Positions 17,941 through 26,516 of a stretch of DNA of 64,000 bases are shown here, one piece after another. The stretch spans positions 320,001 through 384,000 of the forward strand of contig CBDCCS010000021.1 in assembly GCA_965214935.1 (NCBI GenBank), given 5' to 3'. The DNA comes from Candidatus Velthaea sp. (GTDB taxonomy: Bacteria > Vulcanimicrobiota > Vulcanimicrobiia > Vulcanimicrobiales > Vulcanimicrobiaceae). Position numbers and translations under genes: made by a program. Positions within the stretch are counted from its first letter, which is position 1. Every line of letters begins with the position of its first letter. The notes beneath the pieces were generated by a model. That model saw only the letters and a list, made by a program, of their open reading frames with translations. It made no database searches and had not been told where the DNA came from.

Positions 17941-20900
17941 TTATTTCTTTTTTCGCGTCGTCGTCTTCTTCGCGCCGGCCTTTTTCACGGCGGTTTTCTT
18001 TGCGCTTCCCGTCGACTTCTTCGCAGCGGTAACTTTCGCCGAACTCACTTTCACCGACGAACCGCTCTTCTTTGCCGTCGCTTTTACCGCCGTGGCTTTT
18101 ACCGCCGTTGCCTTGCGCAGCGCAGGTGCAGCGGCTTTCACCTTGGCCTTGGCGCCGGACGCTTTGCTGCCGGGTTTAACCGGCGCTCGGCCCGCCGGTG
18201 CCTCGGGTGCGGCTGCCGGTTCTGCGACAGGCGTAGACGCTGCCGCGCGCGTGCGTGTGGCCGGACGAGTTGCCCGATTAGGCGGCTGCTTCTGAACTTC
18301 GGGTGCTTTGACCGCACCACGCTTAGGCCGCCCTTGCGCCGGTTCTTCCGCCGGTAACTCCGCACGATCCGGCTCGCTCGCCGGTGCCGGCAGGGCGTGG
18401 ATTTTCGTCGATTCGATCTGCGCGGGAGAAGTCGGCTGCGAGCTTGTCGTCGGGCGCCGGCGGCGTGCCGGCGTAGTTACTTTGACGTCGTCGGCCGCTT
18501 CGGGCGCGACGAGCGACGGCGGCGGGGCATCGACGGCGATTTGGCCGGGTCGCTGAGTGTAAGGTTCGATTGCACGCGACGGCTCTCTGGGCGCGGTTTC
18601 ACCGGTTGCGTGCGCAGCCCCGTCGGTATCGACCCGAAAGATATGGCGGTCGGGCAGCGCCGGCGAACTTGCGGCATCAACGGCAACGCCCTCGGCAACA
18701 CCCCGGCCGCGCCGTCGACGGCGCCGGCGCCGGCGTTTCGGCTCGCCGTCCGCGCTTTCACCGGCTTGAGCGGTATCGTCGCCTTCGGCGGCAGCGGTCA
18801 AGGCGTCTTCCGGTTCGCCTTCGTCAACCGCCTCATCGCCGCCGACGGTATCGGGATCGGCCAACGTCAGATCCGTCGGAACCGGTACGTTTGCAGCCGT
18901 GAACGGAATCGGCTCGGCGTTGCCGCCGCGACCACGCCGGCGTCGCCGCCGGCGGCGCCGCGTTCCGTCACCGGTCCCGGTCGCCTCGGTGATCGGGATA
19001 ACGTTGTCCGCGGAATCGTCAGGATCGTCCGCGCCGACAGCCGCGAGACGGTCGTTGACGGGCGGCGGTGCAATTGGAACCGGCCGGGACGGCGGCGGCG
19101 CCGGCGGCCGAACGCGGGCAGCCGGTGCAATCGGCCGCGGCGCTACCGGAGCATCGGCGGCCGGCGGCCGAACACGATCGCCGGAAAGCGATTCACCGGG
19201 CATCATGAGCGCTCCGGAAAGCGATTCGCCCGGCAGTTGGACGACCGCGCCGCGGCCTACGACGCTTGCGGCCGGCTTCGATACCGGCGCGATACCTTTG
19301 CTGACGCGTTCTTCTGCCACGACGGCAACGGCGATTTTCGGGTCGGCCTTCTCGTCTTCGGCTTCTTCGGTGGTCGAGATACCGATCGCGGGGCGAGCCC
19401 CAAGTCCCTTAGCGGCCTCCTCGGCAAGTTCGCGCAATTCTTCGGCTTGCTCCTCAGCGGTAAGCGGCTTAGTCCGACCGCGCCCGCCACGCCGCCGCCG
19501 GCGCTTGCCGTCGCCTTGCGGACTGAAGCTCGCAGCAACCGCCGGCGTCCGAGGCTCGGCGAGGATCTCGGCACCATCGACGTCGATGATCCGGATCTTC
19601 ATCGCATTACCGGCCTGGTTGCCCGCATTCTCGACTTCGACGAGACGGCCGTTCACGACACCGAGGGCCGACGTGCCGCTGGGCGTACGAACGCTGAGCA
19701 AGTCGACGTCGTACTCGTCACCGACTCGAACCGCGGGCAACTCGGGCAGGCTTCCGTTGAACGATATCCGCGGTTTTTCCGGGTGAACGGCCGCATCGAC
19801 CCGCACGTCGATGGCTTTACCGATTTGCTCCGATAGAACTTTGAGCTCGTCTTCGTACCAGAACTCGACTTGCGCTGCAACGTTCGGCGAAGCCGCGATG
19901 TGCACGTGCTCGCCGTGTCCGTCGGCATGGCCGGCAATTTCGCGAAACGTTGAGATGGTGACCGATTCGGGCGACATCACCGTGCCGAGTCCGCTGCACG
20001 TCGGGCACGCCCCGCGAAGTTGTCCGCTAAGATCCTTGCCGACGCGTTTGCGCGTAAATTCGAGCAAGCCGAGCGGCGAGAACGATTGAATGGTCGAGCG
20101 CGTACGGTCTTTGCGTAAGCCGGCCTCGAGCGTCGCAATCACCTTGTTGCGATTGCCTTCGGTGTTCATATCGATGAAATCGCAAACGATGATGCCGCCG
20201 ATATCACGCAGACGGACCTGACGCGCGATCTCGGCCGCTGCCTCGATATTCGTCCGAACGATCGTATCTTCGAGGTTTTTCCCGCCGGTAAATTTACCCG
20301 AGTTGACGTCGATGACCGTGAGCGCTTCGGTGGTCTCGATGACGATCGATCCGCCTGAGGGAAGTTTGACGGTCGGCCGCATCAGCCGCTGCAATTCCTC
20401 ATCGATCTTATAATCGCCGAAGAGCGCGCGGCCACCCGGATACGGCTTAATGCGTTCGAGATATTGCGGACCGAGCAAACGCATAAAATCGCGGACGTTT
20501 TCGGCTTCCGCCGGGTCGTCGATATACACGTTCTCAACTTCGGGCGTGATGAAATCGCGCGCCGCTTTATAAACGAGATTCATGTCTTTGTGCAACAACG
20601 CCGGCGACGGCGCGCGTTTGAAGTTTTCGAGTATTCCGTGCCACATGCGAATGAGGACGCCGAGATCGGCAACGAGCTCGGCCGACGAGACTTTATTGGC
20701 GGCGGTTCGCACGACGGTCGCCATGCCTTCGGGCCGGATCGCCTTCATGATGCCTTTGAGCCGGTTACGTTCCTCAGCCGTCTCAATTTTTCGCGACACG
20801 CCGCTGTATTTGCCGGTCGGCATGAGGATCAGGTACCGGCCGGGCAGCGAGATATTCGTCGAGATGCGCGCGCCTTTGAGTCCGCGCGGCTCCTTGACGA

Positions 20901-21216
20901 TCTGTACGAGCACGTCGTCGCCGCGATTAACTTTTTCGTTGATCGTCCATCCGCTGCGTCCCGACGTAATCTCGACATCGCCGATATTCAGCGGCGTTTT
21001 ATTGATGTCGTCGACGTAGAGAAATGCGTTGCGTCCTAGACCGATATCGACAAAGCTCGCGCCCATGCCCGGCAGTACGTTCTGAACTTTTCCTTTGAAG
21101 ATCGAGCCGATGACTTTTTCTTCGCGCTCGACATAAATCTCAGATAGCGTCCCATCCTCGAGAATCGCGACGCGGTTTTCCCACGGATCGCTCGAGATGA
21201 GAATATCGGTTGGCAA
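17941..21216 (-). CDS. rne: Ribonuclease E/G family with TRAM-like domain and long disordered C-terminus
   Basis: S1 GKVQNVLPGMGASFVDIG, IDVNSG, RLRDIGGIIVCDFIDM, Zn-link CPTCSGLG; Arg/Pro/Lys-rich tail; TTG start with GAGAGG RBS. Confidence 0.92.
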   Translation of the reverse strand: MPTDILISSDPWENRVAILEDGTLSEIYVEREEKVIGSIFKGKVQNVLPGMGASFVDIGLGRNAFLYVDDINKTPLNIGDVEITSGRSGWTINEKVNRGDDVLVQIVKEPRGLKGARISTNISLPGRYLILMPTGKYSGVSRKIETAEERNRLKGIMKAIRPEGMATVVRTAANKVSSAELVADLGVLIRMWHGILENFKRAPSPALLHKDMNLVYKAARDFITPEVENVYIDDPAEAENVRDFMRLLGPQYLERIKPYPGGRALFGDYKIDEELQRLMRPTVKLPSGGSIVIETTEALTVIDVNSGKFTGGKNLEDTIVRTNIEAAAEIARQVRLRDIGGIIVCDFIDMNTEGNRNKVIATLEAGLRKDRTRSTIQSFSPLGLLEFTRKRVGKDLSGQLRGACPTCSGLGTVMSPESVTISTFREIAGHADGHGEHVHIAASPNVAAQVEFWYEDELKVLSEQIGKAIDVRVDAAVHPEKPRISFNGSLPELPAVRVGDEYDVDLLSVRTPSGTSALGVVNGRLVEVENAGNQAGNAMKIRIIDVDGAEILAEPRTPAVAASFSPQGDGKRRRRRGGRGRTKPLTAEEQAEELRELAEEAAKGLGARPAIGISTTEEAEDEKADPKIAVAVVAEERVSKGIAPVSKPAASVVGRGAVVQLPGESLSGALMMPGESLSGDRVRPPAADAPVAPRPIAPAARVRPPAPPPSRPVPIAPPPVNDRLAAVGADDPDDSADNVIPITEATGTGDGTRRRRRRRRRGRGGNAEPIPFTAANVPVPTDLTLADPDTVGGDEAVDEGEPEDALTAAAEGDDTAQAGESADGEPKRRRRRRRRRGRGVAEGVAVDAASSPALPDRHIFRVDTDGAAHATGETAPREPSRAIEPYTQRPGQIAVDAPPPSLVAPEAADDVKVTTPARRRRPTTSSQPTSPAQIESTKIHALPAPASEPDRAELPAEEPAQGRPKRGAVKAPEVQKQPPNRATRPATRTRAAASTPVAEPAAAPEAPAGRAPVKPGSKASGAKAKVKAAAPALRKATAVKATAVKATAKKSGSSVKVSSAKVTAAKKSTGSAKKTAVKKAGAKKTTTRKKK

Positions 21217-21454
21217 GTTAGGCCTCTCTCATGGGCCGATGCCGCAATCGTAAACTTCGCGAACTCACCTTACGGCGACTCGAGCGGACGATCGGGGCTC
21301 CGCCCTTCCTCAAAAAGATTTAATCGAATTCAGCCGCAAGGGACGATCCAGCACTTCCGTGCGACCACCCAGCTTGGCCGCTGTGATCATTCCTTCTCGC
21401 GAGGTGGGGTCCTCTCGACGATATCCTACTGCTTACGAGCACGAGCAGGCCGCG

Positions 21455-22582
21455 CTACGAGCGGCCGTTCGCCTTGACTCGCTCGTCGAAGACAAGCCGG
21501 TCGCGTTGCAGGGCGATATTGAGCAAGATACCGACTGCAATGAAATTTGTCAGAATCGAACTTCCGCCGTACGACATGAACGGCAGCGGAATACCGGTGA
21601 TCGGCATGATGCCGATCGTCATGCCGATATTGACGATCATGTGAAAGGCGAGCATTGCAACGAGTCCGACACCGAGCAAAACGCCGAACCGGTCACGCGC
21701 GGCGAATACCGCCCGTAAGGCACCCACGACGATCGCCACGTACAAGGCAAGCAACACGAGCGCGCCGGCATAGCCGGCCTCTTCGCCCACCACGGTAAAA
21801 ATAAAGTCGCGACTATGTTCGGGCACAAAATTTAGTTGCGTTTGCGTGCCTTTATATAAGCCTTTGCCGAACAGCTCACCGCTGCCGACCGCAATCTGCG
21901 ACTGATTGAGATTCCAGCCGGCACCCTGGGGGTCGGATTTCGGATTGAGAAATACCAGCAGACGCGCGCGTTGAAACGGCTTGAGGATTTTCTCACTGGT
22001 CAAGACGAATGCGGCAGCGGCCGTTACCGCGCCGGCGTAAATACTAAAGTCGATGAGATTCGGTAGACCAAAAAAGAGTTCGGCACTCAGGATCGCGCCG
22101 ATCACCAGCGTCGTCCCTAAATCCGGTTGCTTGAGAATCAGTAGCGCCGGAATGCCGACGGCAACGAGCGGTAATGCCAACTCTTGCAACTTGCTAAACG
22201 AACGACGGCACAACAACGCGGCAATGGCGATTGCCAGCGAAAGTTTGGCGGGTTCCGACGGCTGAAACGTAAACGACCCAATCGAAATCCAGCGCTGTGC
22301 GCCGAGCGCGCTATGCCCTTTGAGCAAAATGAATGCGAGCAATCCGACATTGATGCAATAGATCGGTAACGCCCAGCGCTGCCAACGGTGATAATCAACG
22401 AAAGCCAGCCCGAACATCAGGCCGATGCCTAACAATGCGTAGATCGACTGATTGCGAACTTCATTCGATTCCGTGGGCGTATGCAACGTCGCAGAACCGA
22501 TGAAAACGATGCCGGCGGCCGTTGCCAGAACACACGCAAGCGCAAGCGGCCAATTGAACGACGCATACCACGGCCGATCCAC
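21455..22582 (-). CDS. rodA: Rod shape-determining SEDS glycosyltransferase RodA
   Basis: GAQRWI, FQPSE, QPDLGT, SQIAVGSG, PEHSRDFIF, GIPLPFMSYGGSS. Confidence 0.93.
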   Translation of the reverse strand: MDRPWYASFNWPLALACVLATAAGIVFIGSATLHTPTESNEVRNQSIYALLGIGLMFGLAFVDYHRWQRWALPIYCINVGLLAFILLKGHSALGAQRWISIGSFTFQPSEPAKLSLAIAIAALLCRRSFSKLQELALPLVAVGIPALLILKQPDLGTTLVIGAILSAELFFGLPNLIDFSIYAGAVTAAAAFVLTSEKILKPFQRARLLVFLNPKSDPQGAGWNLNQSQIAVGSGELFGKGLYKGTQTQLNFVPEHSRDFIFTVVGEEAGYAGALVLLALYVAIVVGALRAVFAARDRFGVLLGVGLVAMLAFHMIVNIGMTIGIMPITGIPLPFMSYGGSSILTNFIAVGILLNIALQRDRLVFDERVKANGRS

Positions 22583-22642
22583 GCCGACGCTTTCGCGCCG
22601 GCATGGCCGTCACCCCGCGCCGCTGCGTTTGGGCCGGAGCGT

Positions 22643-23203
22643 TTAGAAGTTGTACTTCGCTTTGATCTGCTGCGCCATTTGCAAGTGCATTTGGATCTGC
22701 GGCAAAGTCGACGTAGCATACGCAACGACCGGCTGGCTACTTCCACCCTGGATCTCGGGCGTGAAGTTGCTTGCAATATTTGCTTGGTGGCCGGTGATTT
22801 CGCTATTGATGTAGAGCGCGTCGAAAGCCGGTTCGGGCGTATTTGCAAGCGATTGCGCAACCTGCGCTTGCGCCGGGCTAACACTTGTGGGCGGCGGAAC
22901 CGGACTGTTCGCCGTTGCAGCGATCGGCGCGAGCGTTTGCTCTTCCTGGGTGTGCTGCGTAACCATCGTCTGCGCAAACGCGATGACGTCGGGATTTGTC
23001 GACTTCTGCTGGGCGAGCGTGCCGGCTGAAATCTCCGAGTTCGACGATTGCGTCGCGCCGACGATGAAGTTCGTATCAACTGCCGAGGCCGGCGCTATAG
23101 GGGCAACCGGAGCCGGCCCGCTGTTCGTACTGTTACAAGCCGCGAGCAGTACGGTAAGGCCGACAAGTGCACCGCCCCGCGACAGAAAATGAAAAGGCAT
23201 CAA
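22643..23203 (-). CDS. DUF4142 (ferritin-like) lipoprotein
   Basis: Lipobox LLAAC; D..F+, EI..G.LA, V..FA..MV..H, FD..Y, TLP.I..HL.MA pattern. Confidence 0.75.
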   Translation of the reverse strand: MMPFHFLSRGGALVGLTVLLAACNSTNSGPAPVAPIAPASAVDTNFIVGATQSSNSEISAGTLAQQKSTNPDVIAFAQTMVTQHTQEEQTLAPIAATANSPVPPPTSVSPAQAQVAQSLANTPEPAFDALYINSEITGHQANIASNFTPEIQGGSSQPVVAYATSTLPQIQMHLQMAQQIKAKYNF

Positions 23204-23297
23204 AGTCTCCTAGAAAGCTGATGCGCTTAACATTCCATCGTGCACTGCCGGACAATACGGCTGACTCCCTCAGGAGCCAAGCGGCTGCGGCGCGCCG

Positions 23298-23723
23298 CTA
23301 TCCTACAACGGCAGGCGCGGAGTTGCCGGCCCGGCGCCGCCGCCGGCGACGGCGTGTCGCCGGGGCTGCGGGCGCAGCCGGCTCGGGTACGACATCCATA
23401 CTCAACGTCGCCGTGCGCGTTCCACCGCCAACCGCCGGCGGCGGAGCCGGAATCGAACCGGCGCCGGGTCGCGACCGCAGGGCCAAGATCGGTATGTTCG
23501 CGAGCACCGCTACGGCGGCGTCTTGCTGCTCGAACGAAACGTCGCAATTCGCTTCATCGACTTCAACGTACTTAGAAATAACGGCGATGAGATCGGCACG
23601 TAGCGAGGCGACGACGTCGGGAGCGAGCGATAGATGGTCGGACAGCAGCACGAGCCGTAAACGCTCGCGAGCAGTCGCGCCGGATGTTTCGGGGACGAAA
23701 AGTTTACGGAAAAATTCGATCAT
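23298..23723 (-). CDS. minE: Cell division topological specificity factor MinE with C-terminal extension
   Basis: MIEFFRKLF amphipathic start, ARERLRLVL, LRADLIAVISKYV, LANIPI; start at ATG 23723, not the 24164 ORF-track start. Confidence 0.9.
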   Translation of the reverse strand: MIEFFRKLFVPETSGATARERLRLVLLSDHLSLAPDVVASLRADLIAVISKYVEVDEANCDVSFEQQDAAVAVLANIPILALRSRPGAGSIPAPPPAVGGGTRTATLSMDVVPEPAAPAAPATRRRRRRRRAGNSAPAVVG

Positions 23724-23728
23724 CGCTT

Positions 23729-24577
23729 TTAGCGTCGGCCTCCCAAGAATGCGCCCAACTTTTGCAGCATCGTCGGCGGTTGCGGAATATCGGGTACCGA
23801 CGAATCGGTACCGGCGATGCGCCCGGCGATCGCGCGGTATGCAGCGCCGGTAACCGAAACGGCATCGAGCGCGAGCGGCTCGCCCTTGTTCGTCGATACG
23901 ATCACGCCCGGCTCGTCGGCGATGACGCCGAGAAGCGGTAAGCGTAGAATCGCATTGACGTCTTCGACCGACAGCATCTTTCCGCGCCGCACGAGATCGG
24001 GACGCAACCGATTGACGATTAATTTGATGCTCGATCGATTGCCGAGCAACCCGACGACGCGGTCCGCGTCGCGTACGGCCGCAACTTCGGGCGTGCAGAC
24101 AACGATCGCTTCTTGCGCGCCGACAATCGCGTTGATGAAGCCCTTTTCTATTCCCGCCGGACAATCGATGAGGACGTAGTCGAAGCGGTCGCGCAGCGAA
24201 TCGATGAGACCGTGCATCGCTTGCGTATCGACATCGTCTTTTTCGCGCGTTTGGGCCGCGGCGAGCAGGCGCAACGTCGGAACGCGCTTATCGGTGACGA
24301 GTGCATCGTCGAGCGTCACGCGCCCCTCGAGAACGTCGAGCACGTGGCTGCGAACGCGCGCTTCGAGTCCAAGTACGATGTCGAGATTGCGCAGGCCGAC
24401 GTCGGCGTCGACGAGCGCAACGGTCGCACCGCCCATCGCAAGCGCCGTACCAAGATTCGCCGTCGTCGTCGTCTTGCCGACGCCGCCTTTTCCCGAGGTA
24501 ATAACGATCGCGCGTCCGCGAACGTGCGGAACCGCGCTCACCGGCGGCGCCGCATCGTCGTGCTGCAACTCACGCAT
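23729..24577 (-). CDS. minD: Septum site-determining ATPase MinD, second paralogue
   Basis: TSGKGGVGKTT, DADVGLRNLD, DCPAGIE, PEVAAVRDADR, C-terminal MLQKLGAFLGG amphipathic helix. Confidence 0.9.
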   Translation of the reverse strand: MRELQHDDAAPPVSAVPHVRGRAIVITSGKGGVGKTTTTANLGTALAMGGATVALVDADVGLRNLDIVLGLEARVRSHVLDVLEGRVTLDDALVTDKRVPTLRLLAAAQTREKDDVDTQAMHGLIDSLRDRFDYVLIDCPAGIEKGFINAIVGAQEAIVVCTPEVAAVRDADRVVGLLGNRSSIKLIVNRLRPDLVRRGKMLSVEDVNAILRLPLLGVIADEPGVIVSTNKGEPLALDAVSVTGAAYRAIAGRIAGTDSSVPDIPQPPTMLQKLGAFLGGRR

Positions 24578-24579
24578 TG

Positions 24580-25371
24580 TCAGCCGGCCTTTCGTTGTCC
24601 GAAGAAGCGACCGAAGATACTCGGCGCCGATAACGTGCTGAACGGCACGGCCTGCCCCGCGAGACGACGCGCGATTTTCGCGTAGATGTCGCTTAAACGC
24701 GAATCGGAGCCCAGTACGACCGGTTCGCCGCGATTCGTGGCGTCGATGATGTCTTCATCGTCGGGGATGATGCCGAGCAACTCGACGTTGAGGATGTCGA
24801 CGACGTCGTCGACGGACATCATGTCGCCGCTGCGCACCATCTCCGGCCGGATTCGATTGACGATGAGCCGGATCGGCAAGCCGCGTTCTTTGAGCTTTCC
24901 GATCACGCGGTCCGCATCGCGAATGGCACTTACTTCGGGCGTCGTTATGACGATGGCTTCGGCCGCACCGGCGACGGCATTGCGAAAGCCGTGCTCGATG
25001 CCGGCCGGGCAATCGATGAGAACGTAATCGCACAGCTCGGTCAAGCCGTCGATGACGCCGGCGAATTGAGCTTCGCTCACCGCTGTTTTGTCGCGTGTTT
25101 GGGCAGCCGGCAAGATCGAAAGCGAGGTAAAGCGCTTGTCTTTGATGAGTGCCTGGCGCAGCTGACAGCGTCCTTCGACGACTTCGACCAAGTCGAACAC
25201 GATACGCTTTTCGAGCCCTAAAACCAGATCGAGATTGCGTAATCCGATGTCGGCATCGACAAGGACGACGCGCTGCTGCGCTTTGGCCAGCGCCGCCCCG
25301 AGGTTTGCCGTCGTCGTCGTCTTACCGACGCCGCCTTTACCGGATGTGAGGACGATGCGCCGGGCGCTCAT
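24580..25371 (-). CDS. minD: Septum site-determining ATPase MinD, first paralogue
   Basis: TSGKGGVGKTT, DADIGLRNLD, DCPAGIEHGF, PEVSAIRDADR, C-terminal IFGRFFG. Confidence 0.93.
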   Translation of the reverse strand: MSARRIVLTSGKGGVGKTTTTANLGAALAKAQQRVVLVDADIGLRNLDLVLGLEKRIVFDLVEVVEGRCQLRQALIKDKRFTSLSILPAAQTRDKTAVSEAQFAGVIDGLTELCDYVLIDCPAGIEHGFRNAVAGAAEAIVITTPEVSAIRDADRVIGKLKERGLPIRLIVNRIRPEMVRSGDMMSVDDVVDILNVELLGIIPDDEDIIDATNRGEPVVLGSDSRLSDIYAKIARRLAGQAVPFSTLSAPSIFGRFFGQRKAG

Positions 25372-26243
25372 GCATGAACCTCGCGGCGACCGAGATCGGC
25401 CGCTCCGTGCGCAACGATGGTGATCCGCTCGTTTAAGATATACGCATGACTGGGTCCGCCCGGCGTGCTGCCGGATTCGGGCGTCACGATCATCGTGGCA
25501 ATTCGCAATTGCGTCGGCAGTAATTCCAATGCGACGACTCGCGCACTGACGTCACCCTGTGCGCCGGCATGCGCGACGCCGCGCAGCGAACCGAAGACGA
25601 CAACGTCGCCGCTGGCAATGAGTTCGGCGCCCGGATTGACATCGCCGATGACGACGATGTTGCCCAAGTTGTGCAGCGTCTGTCCGCCGCGAAGCGTGCC
25701 GCGGTGATAGAGCGTTGCGATTCCCTCCGGGGCGCTTTGCGGTACTGCCGGGATGGTCACCCCGGCAGTCGCCGGCGCGCCGGGGCCGATCCGCCGTTCG
25801 TATCCGGCCGCTTCGCGCTCAGTGCGGCGGGCGGCCAAGTCGGCCCGCGCGCCGGCGAAATCGGCGATAAGCGACCGCGCGCCGTCGCTTAGCGTCCCGA
25901 CGCGTGCTTCACGCGCTTCGCGCAAGCGCGGCAGCGGCGCAACCGCATCGCTAACGGCGGCCGGTCCCAGAAACGGGACGTCGAGATTCGCGAGTAGCGG
26001 CGCTAACGCCGCGCGGCCGGAGACTCCGTCAAGTGCGATGCCGAATTCGGTGCACAGATCGCGCAGCGCAACAACATCGGTTTCCGTTGCGTCAAAAGAG
26101 CCGAGATCCGCGGTTGCACGGCTGCCTCGAAAAAAACCCGGTCGCGCTGCAAGCTGGGCTCGCAGTTCGGACTCGGCTTGCACTAAGGCGCGATCGACTG
26201 CAATCTCTAACGTTCGTCCGCGTCCGCGAATTGTACTCATCAT
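25368..26243 (-). CDS. minC: Septum site-determining protein MinC
   Basis: C-terminal TLRGGQ, GDVNPGAE, GSLRGVAHAG, PTQLRIA; start at ATG 26243 or 26240. Confidence 0.9.
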   Translation of the reverse strand: MMSTIRGRGRTLEIAVDRALVQAESELRAQLAARPGFFRGSRATADLGSFDATETDVVALRDLCTEFGIALDGVSGRAALAPLLANLDVPFLGPAAVSDAVAPLPRLREAREARVGTLSDGARSLIADFAGARADLAARRTEREAAGYERRIGPGAPATAGVTIPAVPQSAPEGIATLYHRGTLRGGQTLHNLGNIVVIGDVNPGAELIASGDVVVFGSLRGVAHAGAQGDVSARVVALELLPTQLRIATMIVTPESGSTPGGPSHAYILNERITIVAHGAADLGRREVHA

Positions 26244-26516
26244 GCGCCTTTCGTATCCCGCGCCGTTCGTTTTCTCCGCGCCGCTTTCCGGTACGCTTAG
26301 GCCGGCCCTTTGCGCTTTCACACCGCACTCACAGAAAAGTCCGCTTGTCCACAGGCCTTCCACCTTTTTCGCATCGCGCCGTCCGCTTGAATCCAACGGC
26401 ACGCTCCGAGCGTAGAATGATCGGGCGGCGGGCCGCGTCGAATACCCGTTTCCCGCGCGTTTGCCAAACCGTTTTTTGCGCTTCGAGCACTGCGCGGTTA
26501 TTGAAAGTTGATGTTT

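Noticed and set aside
18060..18120. Short tandem repeats as CRISPR or VNTR
   Set aside because: They are 15-nt coding repeats for KATAV in the RNase E tail, with no spacers or cas genes.
18397..19836. Long antisense and alternate-frame ORFs over rne, and similar ones across the window
   Set aside because: Shadow ORFs expected in GC-rich coding DNA; Arg/Ala/Gly-rich with no family motifs.
21217..21454. Riboswitch in the rne leader
   Set aside because: A long leader fits RNase E autoregulation, but I could not recognise any riboswitch consensus.
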